NCBI RefSeq assembly: GCF_021028975.2
Contig: NC_059436.1
Coordinates: 25,730,001-25,794,000, forward strand
DNA from: Sphaerodactylus townsendi
Lineage: Eukaryota
Direction: 5' to 3'
DNA length: 64,000 nt
This document shows, piece after piece, positions 39,001 to 47,900 of the stretch; within the stretch, counting starts at the first letter, position 1; every line of letters begins with the position of its first letter. The notes beneath the pieces are model-generated. The model did not search any database, was not told where the DNA came from, and was given only the letters and a program-made list of their open reading frames with translations. The position numbers and the translations under genes were made by a program.

Positions 39001-40776
39001 CTAGCTCTTTATTCTCCCTGACGCAGGACACGTCGCTGTGTGGTTACCCTCACTATGCCTAACCAGGGCTGCTACCACAGTGGCTGCTCCATCACCAGGA
39101 ACTCCACTCCGCCAGAGATTTGCCCAAACAGGAACCTCCTCAGGAACCCCACAGCTGGGATTCAGGTAGCCAGTGGGGATTCCTAGCAGAGGACAAGAAT
39201 GCTCTCTTCCAGCATTGGGAGAACTGTCACCTGGAGGAGGGCACAGCGCTATTTCCATTGGAAGTAGATGACTGAGCTTGAAACAAGTTATACATTACAG
39301 GTGGAAAGGTGCTAGCTGGACATGAGGGATGTTTTTAATGGCAAAGAGTAGTTCAGCAGTGGGATGAGTTGCCGGGGGGGGGGTGAGCTCCCCCACACTG
39401 GCCGTCTTCAAGCAGTGGCTGGACAAACACTGGCCAGGGATGCTCTCGGCGGCGGCTGCTGCTGCACACAGCAGGCGGTTGGAGCAAATGGCCCGTTTGG
39501 CTCCTTCCAGCTCTGTGGTGCTCTGCAATCCTTTTCTGCAGCCACAGCAGAACACCAGGCGGGATTCTGATGTGAACCTGCTCTGGCATGACTCTTCTGG
39601 GCGTCTTGGCTATTTGCTGCTAGTACCTCTTGACTGTGTGAGTACATGAAGGGACCTGCAACTGCCATCGTGAGCAACAGGGCAGGCAGTATGTCAGAAG
39701 GAAACCACTGAGGGACTCAGGGGACACAACGAAGGTAGAAGCAGTTTCCAGGGCTCAGCAGAAGGCAGAGATATGAACCTGCCGGCAGTCAGTGGCAGGA
39801 ATGTGTCCTCTTGTTCTGCATTTCCTTGCATTCCTGTAGCCTCTTCCAACCCTGGACAGGTGCAGCAAGGAAGAACAGCTGTGCAGATGTTGGAGACCGG
39901 AAGGAGAAGTAATCAGAGCTGCTCTCCAAGTGTAGCCATGCTGAGCAGGCATATTTTCACCTCTATTATCTCCATCCTTCCTCACTCCTGTTCGCTAACC
40001 TATTGGCCAGCTGTGCCTCTTTGAGAATCCCTACGCCAATCTCAAGAGCACACTCTCCCTGGGGAGCGAGCAGAAAGTGCAACAGGAACAAGGAGAACTT
40101 TGGGAAAAAATGGTTGGATGCACACCATTGTACAGGTCAGGATGGATCTACGCTTAGACTTGCTTCCTTTATTCACATCTTCTCATAGAAAAGTAGACTT
40201 TGCCTAGAAATAGATTTGGGACGTTTCCTCCAGTGTGGTGGGAGGACAGGGGAGTGGGGAGGGGGCCCACAACGAGAAGAGTGGGGAACAAGGAAGCCAA
40301 TCTAGACAGAGGCGGGCCTCTCAGCAAGAGAGAGGAAAAGACAGAGGAGAGCACTGATACTACTTGTCCTCTGTGGCAGAAATCGTGGTGATATGTCGGC
40401 ATGCGTGAAAGGTGTGAGAGCTTTTCCCAAAGTCAGCGCTGCAATCTAGGGCCGACGTACAGCCTCAAGTAGCTTACGGATCCCAGCACAGGGCTTGCTA
40501 TTCACGTTCACAGGGACCACCTTTCCCTCCTCCGAGCTGTCCCTTCAGCCCCAGGAGCTGACCATGACCCTCGGTCCCACCTTGAACTCTTTCAGTTCCT
40601 CTGGCCACCATACTGCTCTTGACTGTAATTCCGCCTCTGCAGGGCTTCCCTGGGTCTGTCCCAATGGTGGCCAGCCAAGTCACCCGGCACTCGGGGCCTC
40701 ACGTCTCTCCCCAGCGGGCCTCCAGAGCGCTCCTTGTCCCCACTGGGGCCCCGTGCCCTTTGTCTTAGTCCTGCCC

Positions 40777-40811
<35 letters not shown>

Positions 40812-41395
40812 CTGAGAGGGGGAGCGGGCATGCCAAGCCGAGTCCCCTTGCCTGGGGCGGGCTGCTTGGGGCTCAATCCGAAGAGCCCTCTTGGGCCGTG
40901 GTTCTGACCCACCTCGGGGTCTCCTGCAGGGGCTCACCCTCCGAGAGGGGCTTCTGGCCCGTTCACGGTCGTGGTCCCGGGGGCAGCTGCCCAACAAACG
41001 CCGCCTCCGGCAGGGAGAGACCGGCGCAGGGACGTGGGAGGAAGGGGCCGCGCAGGCCAAGCCCCCCCCCCCGCTCCACGCACGTGGGGTCGCCCGCAGC
41101 CCCCCCGGATACACCTCCCCCCTCCCCCCCACACACGGGCTGTCCTGCGGCCCTCACTGGGGACGGGGGATCCCGACCGCCCCTGGCCAAGGGCCCCCTC
41201 CTCCTCCTCCTCCTCCTCCTCCTCCCCCCGCGCCCCGCTCCCGGTCGTCTCACCGGCGGGCGGCGGCGGCGGCGGCTTCTGGGCGGCGGCGAAGAGGCTG
41301 GCGTCGGCCACCGAGCCGAAGAGGGCGGCGAACGGGTTGCCGGAGATCCCGCCGCCGCCGCCGCCGCCGCTGTTGTTGTTCTCCTGGTCGGTCAT
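23958..41395 (-). CDS. UBE4A: Ubiquitin conjugation factor E4 A (Ufd2 core + U-box), about 1080 aa, 19 coding exons
   Basis: Exons 41395-41254, 38802-38626, 36045-35933, 35508-35356, 35267-35108, 34811-34609, 34250-34059, 32918-32585, 31514-31388, 30967-30660, 30222-30090, 29557-29370, 29158-29058, 28966-28853, 27129-26955, 26869-26689, 25863-25716, 25249-25092, 24093-23958; sum 3243 nt, phases consistent; MTDQENNN start, [13 protein letters not shown]-box [21 protein letters not shown]...DPFNRSPL. Confidence 0.97.
25092..25249 (-). CDS. UBE4A: UBE4A coding exon 18 (U-box)
   Basis: [29 protein letters not shown]...IARHLL. Confidence 0.94.
25716..25863 (-). CDS. UBE4A: UBE4A coding exon 17
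   Basis: [21 protein letters not shown]...LAERIK. Confidence 0.93.
26040..26600 (-). mobile_element. Old CR1 fragment
   Basis: cagaactgcacccagtcttcca and ccttttcttccagactgaaaagtcccagcc are CR1 3' ORF hallmarks. Confidence 0.6.
26689..26869 (-). CDS. UBE4A: UBE4A coding exon 16
   Basis: [39 protein letters not shown]...IYLNL. Confidence 0.93.
26955..27129 (-). CDS. UBE4A: UBE4A coding exon 15
   Basis: [20 protein letters not shown]...GFLTS. Confidence 0.93.
27280..28320 (+). mobile_element. Degenerate L2 LINE
   Basis: Decayed L2-type RT motifs (tttgcagacaaaatt, ctctcagaggccttcaatact); gtaagccaccttggg...aataaat 3' end. Confidence 0.55.
28853..28966 (-). CDS. UBE4A: UBE4A coding exon 14
   Basis: [38 protein letters not shown]. 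Confidence 0.93.
29058..29158 (-). CDS. UBE4A: UBE4A coding exon 13
   Basis: [34 protein letters not shown]. Confidence 0.93.
29370..29557 (-). CDS. UBE4A: UBE4A coding exon 12
   Basis: [19 protein letters not shown]...VFVDIEFT. Confidence 0.93.
30090..30222 (-). CDS. UBE4A: UBE4A coding exon 11
   Basis: [20 protein letters not shown]...VFTGDVG. Confidence 0.93.
30660..30967 (-). CDS. UBE4A: UBE4A coding exon 10
   Basis: [24 protein letters not shown]...ALAHVP. Confidence 0.93.
31388..31514 (-). CDS. UBE4A: UBE4A coding exon 9
   Basis: [11 protein letters not shown]...YTLHLGFH. Confidence 0.92.
31885..32140. mobile_element. Older PLE inverted-repeat element (same family as 6538-6755)
   Basis: tcaaaggctttcatggcc start; gtggctggcatctt...cctctgaagatgccagcca inverted pair; hammerhead core decayed (GAAA to AAAA). 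Confidence 0.75.
32585..32918 (-). CDS. UBE4A: UBE4A coding exon 8
   Basis: [21 protein letters not shown]...KNVHLK. Confidence 0.93.
34059..34250 (-). CDS. UBE4A: UBE4A coding exon 7
   Basis: [10 protein letters not shown]...[12 protein letters not shown]. Confidence 0.93.
34609..34811 (-). CDS. UBE4A: UBE4A coding exon 6
   Basis: [13 protein letters not shown]...[12 protein letters not shown]. Confidence 0.93.
35108..35267 (-). CDS. UBE4A: UBE4A coding exon 5
   Basis: [28 protein letters not shown]...LRGA. Confidence 0.93.
35356..35508 (-). CDS. UBE4A: UBE4A coding exon 4
   Basis: [16 protein letters not shown]...[12 protein letters not shown]. Confidence 0.93.
35933..36045 (-). CDS. 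UBE4A: UBE4A coding exon 3
   Basis: [38 protein letters not shown]. Confidence 0.93.
36175..36520 (+). mobile_element. L1-like LINE 3' fragment
   Basis: [25 protein letters not shown]...[12 protein letters not shown] resembles a reptile L1 ORF2 C-terminus. Confidence 0.7.
38626..38802 (-). CDS. UBE4A: UBE4A coding exon 2
   Basis: [48 protein letters not shown]. Confidence 0.93.
39330..39510 (-). mobile_element. CR1 3' fragment
   Basis: [15 protein letters not shown]-like sequence. Confidence 0.5.
40780..40809. repeat. (CAG)10 microsatellite in UBE4A intron 1
   Basis: Direct reading. Confidence 0.9.
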
Positions 41396-41442
41396 CTCGC
41401 CGCCCGGCCGCGCGCGCGGTTCATGGGGGCTGCCCCCCGCCC

Positions 41443-41475
<33 letters not shown>

Positions 41476-41950
41476 CGCGGCTCCGGGGTCGCGGCCGCCT
41501 CGCACCCTACCCCGCCAGTCAGCCTGGCAACGCAGACGTCACTAGACCGCGCGGCGACGTCACTTGGCGGAGACAGCGGCACAGCCTCAACCCGGAAGCC
41601 GCGGGCGGGGCGGGGCGGGGCGGGGCGGGGCCTCGGCTGAAGCGCCGGGAACGGTCGAACCCCGCGGTCCGGCCCGGAAACCTGCTCAGGGCTCCCGAGA
41701 ACGGAGGGCCGCCTTTTCGCCCCTTGGACGTCAGCGGACGCCCTTGAGATTACATGGCGGTGCAGTCTGCCGCTTCAGCGCCAAAGGATGACGCTTGGCC
41801 TTGGTCGACATCTGGATGGGACCCCTCCTGGGAAGCGCGCCTCCGCCTCCCAGCACTAAAGACGGGGTCTTTTCAGAGACAGCCCCACAATGACAGAGCA
41901 GCTCCCCCGGGGGGATGGGCCAGCCCCCCTCGTTCGTGATCGACCTGCCA
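40850..41950. promoter_or_regulatory. CpG island / UBE4A promoter
   Basis: Two CRE-like GACGTCA (41535, 41556), ETS CCGGAAG (41592), tandem GC boxes 41604-41630. Confidence 0.85.
41254..41395 (-). CDS. UBE4A: UBE4A coding exon 1
   Basis: MTDQENNN...[10 protein letters not shown]...PPA|gtgag. Confidence 0.92.
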
Positions 41951-42612
41951 CAGCGCTTTGGACAGGGTTGGCCAAAGGAGGGGGAAGTCAGTTCTGTTGG
42001 GCGTAAGGGGAATCCGCCTGGAACTGAAGCCAGCTGAAGACCAAAAAAGGAGAATTATTTAAAACTTCTGCAAGAATATATAATCCAATAACAGAGTAAA
42101 ATAACAACCAGCTGTTCCCAAAAGGCATTAATTAAAGACTAACTGGATAGCGTTGCAGAGTTACATACAGGATCCCAAAGCAAGATGTTCCCATCACCAG
42201 TCAGTCCAGAGGGTCAAACAGCCAGAGCTCTCCACAGACAGAGCATCTATGATGGTGAACCAGGAACCTGTAGCAAGGCTTCCCCAGGAAGCACACAGGG
42301 CCACACTGACGTATTTCTGCCAAGAGGCCAGAGACTCCTTGAGCAATCAAAACAATACTGAATGACCTAAGACAGTCACACGTCCAACCCACAACTAGGT
42401 GACCTTAGGGGCCAAGACAAGATAATGGTCATAAGCCATCCCTACCATGATGCCATTGCAATATTTCTAGTCCCCTTAATTGCCTGGACTGGCACCAGAT
42501 GTCTCAGTCTTGAAGGCTCCATGAATAACATAGCAGCAAATATTTAAATGCCCACCTGGCTATTACCAGTACATTCGTCTTGGTAGCAGTTAAAATTCCT
42601 CCTATTTAATGT

Positions 42613-43430
42613 AATGTTGAAAGCTTTCATGGCTGGAATCAACTGGTTGTTTTGGTTTTTTTGGGCTGTGTGGCTGTGGTCTGGTCATTTTTGTTCCTCA
42701 CGTCTTGCCTGCAGCTGTGGCTGGCATCTTCAGAGGGATGTCACAGCAAGATGTGTTTCTGTTCGTGACACACTATGGAATGATTAGGCTCTGTACGCAG
42801 ATGGTCGAATGGGAAAACTGGTGGAAAAACATAACCTTCAAACAATTTTCAGACCCACCAGAAAAGTACAACAAACGCTACAGTCAGCAAAGGACCAGAG
42901 TAACCCCTTTACCTGCGCAGGAGTGTATCCTATATCATGCAGCTGTGGACAAGTATACGTAGGGACTACAAAATACAGCATTCTGTCAAGAATGAAAGAA
43001 CATGAAAGGCCCTGCTGACTAATCCAACCTGAGAAATCAGCAGTAGCTGAATATGCTCTAAACCAGCGGTTCTCAACCTGTGGGTCGCGACCCCTTTGGG
43101 GGTCGAACGACCCTTTCACAGGGGTCACCTAAGACTCTTTGCATCAGTTTTCTCCATCTGTAAAATGGATAAATGTTAGGGTTGGGGGTCACCACAACAT
43201 GAGGAACTGTGTTAAAAAGTCCCAGCATTAGGAAACTTGAGAACCACTTCTTTAAATCAAGTTGGTCATAGGATCTTATTTGAAGACACAGAAATTCTTG
43301 ATAATTCCAACAGCTACTACGTCAGACTACAGAGGAAAGCCATTGCAACCCACTAACACCAGGACAGTTTCAACAAAAAGGAAGAGAAACTGAAAATAAA
43401 AAAAATCTGGCTACTGGTACTAAAAAAATG
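42613..43430 (+). mobile_element. Penelope-like retroelement fragment with GIY-YIG endonuclease remnant and inverted 5' pLTR
   Basis: GVYPISCSCGQVYVGTTKYSILSRMKEHERPC*...EKSAVAE...HRILFEDTEILD; inverted family end at 42613-42770. Confidence 0.85.
43064..43249. mobile_element. SPIN/URR1-like hAT MITE nested in the PLE
   Basis: CAGCGGTTCTCAACCTGTGGGTCGCGACCCC...TTGAGAACCACT; degenerate 8-bp TSD ctctaaac/ctttaaat. Confidence 0.85.
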
Positions 43431-43479
43431 GCCAAACCAAACAATCAGGTTTGCAGCATGGAAGTGCTGTTCAACGTGA

Positions 43480-44000
43480 TGGTTGAAAATCAGACTGCTT
43501 TTGCTCCTTCATCTGCCATGTCAGCTGCCTCCATTTCTGGGTCAGTCAGATCTAGCCACAGTGATCCATGTCATAGTAACAGCCAGATGGGACCACTCCA
43601 GTGTGTTCTTGGGGCTGTGCTCAAAAATATGTTCAGAGGCTGCAGCTAATACACAGTACTGTGGCTGGACTGCTGGTCAGGGCCAGTTATTGGGATCATG
43701 TGACCCCAACCTTACATCAGTTACACAAGCTACCAATCTTCCCCCAAGCCCAGTTCACTAAGGCACTGATCCAGCAGGGCTCTTATGTTCTAATGTATGG
43801 TTTTTACCTTTAAAGGCCTACGTGGCTTGCTACTATATCTGAAGGAATGTTGTCTCTCATACATTCTTAGGAACTAAGATCACAGGGAGGGGCCCTCTTG
43901 AGGGTTCCATCAACCAAAGAAGCTCCTTTGACAGGTCCACAAGACAAGGCCTTTTCTAGGGTAGCCCCACAATTATGAAACAGCTGCCACAATAGCAACG
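43480..44000 (+). mobile_element. Degenerate L2 fragment
   Basis: DLATVIHVIVTARWD and QRLQLIHSTVAGLL...HVTPTLHQLH. Confidence 0.6.
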
Positions 44001-44867
44001 ATCCCTGTCTGCATGTGAATGGAGGTCATCAGCGAAAGCCTCCCAATGCCGCCTGCCTGAGTCCCATGGCCTGGCCAGAACCCCAGGTGAAAGGAGACTG
44101 GAGCAGATGGGTCGCCTGGGAAGACCTGGAGTTGCAGCCATCACTCTCCCAAGAAGCTTGCCCCAAAAGGGAGGAGCTAGACTACTCGGGTTTCCTTCCA
44201 AAATAGGTTATTTAACAATTTTTTTCTGAATTCTGAGGATCCCCCTGGATTTTCAGACCCTGGATGTGGGTGGGACTGCCATACACACAGTTGGATTCTT
44301 TACATATTTGGGAGGCTCCCTGGGCAACAGAACCAACAGAAAAAGAAAACTCCCGAAGGGGCCTGGATGGGCTCCAGGATCACAGAATGTTGAAAACAGG
44401 TGAGAATCCATTGAAGGAAAATTGGACGGGGTGGGTGGAAGGGATGGGTGGACTGAGAGCCCCTGAGACTAGACAGCTCCTTTTTCCAGAGGGGGATTTT
44501 GTCCTGGATCCTCAGCACATATTTCTGTGTTGATCAGCATTGACTTTCCAGTAAGTTCAAGTTTGTTTTTCAAAAGGGCAGGAAGTAATGGTGAGTCAAA
44601 TCCATTTTGTGAGCTTAGAGGTCTTTAGAATTGATGATACGTATAGTTTTCTTTCTTCAACCCACGCAGACATGAACCTCCATGTGCAGGGGAGGGCGAG
44701 AGACACAGAGAGAAAGAGATACCCCCCTCCCTCCCTCCCTGCTGACTTCCTGTGCTGATTTCAGAAAAGTCTTCTTGCTGCTTTCCTCTCCCAGCTCAAG
44801 GTAGCAGCCAGCAGCATCTGCCGCTTGGTGTTTCCTCTGGGCAAGTGAGGACATAGCCAGGCTTGGA

Positions 44868-44934
44868 ATGAAGAGCATGGTGGGGCGCTGCCACCATCTC
44901 CTGGGAATGGTGGTTCTTACGTTGATCGTCCAAG
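44868..44934 (+). CDS. CD3D: CD3 gamma/delta leader exon
   Basis: Hydrophobic signal ending CAAG|gtaggg; ATG at 44868 or 44877. Confidence 0.8.
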
Positions 44935-47900
44935 GTAGGGCCTGACTGTGTGACAAGCCAGGGAGTGGGCAGAGGCAGCAGGTTGACGCAGAGGAGGTAG
45001 GGGAGGGGGCTGCCAGCCTCCAGGAGGGGCCAAAATGTCCCTGGGATTCCAATGGCTCTCCAGACTTCAGCAATCAACTCCCCTGGAGGACGTGGCAGCA
45101 ACTTTGGAGGGGTGTGTGTGTGTTGACAATCCTAGAGAATCCACGAAGTGGGGGAGGAAGGCCTCACTGGGGGAAAAGAACAGTACTTTCTGGTGGGGGG
45201 GAGGGGGAGGAGCTCCTCCTTTTCCAACATTCTTCTCACCTGTATGGACAAAAGCGCACCTGAAAATGTACACTTCCCAACAGCCTGCAACATGCTTGGG
45301 AAGCAGGCTTTTCTCTGTTGCTGGCAGTCTGCATTTTGTTCAGAAAACGGCAGATCCCGCAGACCTCAGAGAGCCTTGAACAGAGAAACAAAGAGCAGCA
45401 CTTGGGCCAGAAGCAGCACAGTGGGTGGGTGGGGGAGGGGAGGGGAACAGTTAGGACGAGGACATAAAAGTAGCATCAGGCCAAGGGTCGATGGCCACTC
45501 CCTGACGGCCAACCAGCCATCTTTGGGGAAACCATGGCCTCCAAGCAACAAGTCTTCAGAGGTGTCGTGGAGATGAGTGCTCGCAATGGGCAGCTGGCTG
45601 CTGCCAGATCTCTTCCTTTCTGAAGAGCTCTGCTTCCCGGTTAAAGCCGTCTAAGAGCTCAGCTGGCTATGATGCTGCTGTTCTTTGCAAATTTTAGGGT
45701 GGGGCAGGCAGGCAGACGGAGACGCAGGAGACCATCGCCACCTGAACTGCCGCCACTTCCCAGGCGCACTTGCAGTTTGCAGGCAATCCCTGAGGCATTT
45801 GGCCTCGTCTAGGCCTCTGCTGCTGCCTGTGACAGTGAACTCTATAACTGAACAACACATTGCAGGAAGGAGCACATGTGGTGCCTTTTCTCAGTTCCCA
45901 TGATGGGGGCAAGGAAAGATGGGGGCAAATCTCCACACCCTGCGCACTTGGTGTACACCTCAGTCGTGTCCCGTCCCGCCCCCCACATTCTCCACACACA
46001 CACACACACCCCGTGTGCTTCGACTTTTCTTTTGTCCTGATGCTGTATGGGAACCAAGTAGAGAACCACAGGCACAGTGCTGGGAATTGCAAATGTGGGG
46101 CATTTGGATCCCCGACAGGTTCCTTCCCACTGCCTGCAGTGAGCCATCTACAGCAGCCAGCCAGCCAGCCTCAGCCAGTTCAGCATCATGCACCCCTTCC
46201 TGCTGCTTCCTATCTGACCAGGAGGTCACGCTTTTGCCCCCTCCTTCCCTCCCTCCCTCCCTCCCTCCCTCGATGCAGAGAGCTCTTTTGGGACCTCTTC
46301 CTGGTCTGTTCTGCTTCTCACCATTCTGACTGACCTGCTGTGGGAAAGAATGCCTTCAGGCTGGCCTTTCCAACTAGTCCAGGGGTAGGGAACCTGCGGC
46401 TCTCCAGATGTTCAGGAACTACAATTCCCATCAGCCTCTGTCAGCATGGCCAATTGGCCATGCTGGTAGGGGCTGATGGGAATTGTAGTTCCTGAACATC
46501 TGGAGAACCGCAGGTTCCCTACCCCTGAACTAGTCCATTACTCTTTCAAGGAAATGTTGTTCTTTGTCTTTTCAAATCCTGGGCGAGTTGGCTGGCCAGC
46601 CGGGCACTCACCTGCTTACCCACAGTGCTCTCCCCCGGGGCTGGCGGAGAGCCTTTCTGATATGAGCCTGGGTTGCTGAGCCCAGGGCGCCTTTGGCACA
46701 CCAGGCTGTGTTCTCAGCAGGCTTGGCCCTTGTTGCTGGGCAGAACTCAACCACAGCTTCTTAGTTTCTCCATCTCTCTCTCTCTTTCTCAGGCATTGTT
46801 GTCACTGGAAACTCTGACCAAGGTACAGTCCCTCTTGATGTCCCATAGGAAGAAGAAGAGTTGGATTTATATTCCCCCCCTTTCTCTCCTGCAGGAGACT
46901 CAAAGGGGCTGACAATCTCCTTGCCCTTCCCCCCTCACAACAAACACCCTCTGAGGTAGGTGGGGCTGAGAGAGCTCCGTAGAGCTGTGACTAGCCCAAG
47001 GTCACCCAGCTGGTGTGTGTTGGAGTGTACAGGCTAATCTGAATTCCCCAGATAAGCCTCCACAGCTCAGGTGGCAGAGCGGGGAATCAAACCCGGTTCC
47101 TCCAGATTAGAGTACACCTGCTCTTAACCACTGCGCCACTGCTGCTCTGACCCTAGCAATGGGATGTCTTTGGATTCAGACATGCTTAAGGGTGGGAATC
47201 AAGGGCTCTCGGCTGACTGTCTCCTTCATTGGTCAACTGTTTGAAGGGGAGCCCTCACCACCATCACCCCCCCCCCCCCCCGTGTCATTTATGAATTTGC
47301 AGAGGTTTTTCTATCCTGAGTTCCCCCAAGGAACTGTGAGCACTTCGGTGGAGGGGAAGAAGGGCATGGGGGAGCAGATGGGTGCCCTGGCCAATCCCCT
47401 TCTCCGAAGACCAACGGACAGACTAGGGCGCTTGCTAGGAAGGAAAGTCCCACTGGCTTTGGCGTTTGGAATGTTTCAAAGTCAGGGCAGTTGGGCGTGC
47501 GCTGCCTGCCGCTCAGGTGGCCCCACAGAGATGCAAAGCAGGAGAGTGACAATGTCCTGGCCCATGAAGCAGAACTCTGGAGCCATCTGGAGCTCCAACC
47601 GGCCCCCTCCTGCTGCTGCTGCTGCGCGGGTGGGAGTGTCTGATGTGCGCCTGCTTTGACAGCCACAAAGGAACAGTTCGCTGAGATCCCCCCATGAGTC
47701 CAGCTCAAACACCGGCTTTGCCCCGTGGTCTCAGTGGGATCATGGGAAGGGGGGGCTCTCCCTCCCCATGTTATCTTCCACCCATTTGTTTTGCAGGTGT
47801 TTCCATCCAGGTAAAGCATAAAAGAAATGGCATCTATCTGTTCTGCAGAACAGGAAAGGATAGCAAAGTGCTGAACTGGACCAAAGATGGCAAAGACATA

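Noticed and set aside
41950-44700. Second CD3 (CD3G-position) gene
   Set aside because: Only PLE, SPIN, L2 and unclassified sequence seen; no Ig, CxxC or ITAM exon
47080-47147. tRNA gene
   Set aside because: tRNA-like head of a multi-copy SINE; no complete cloverleaf
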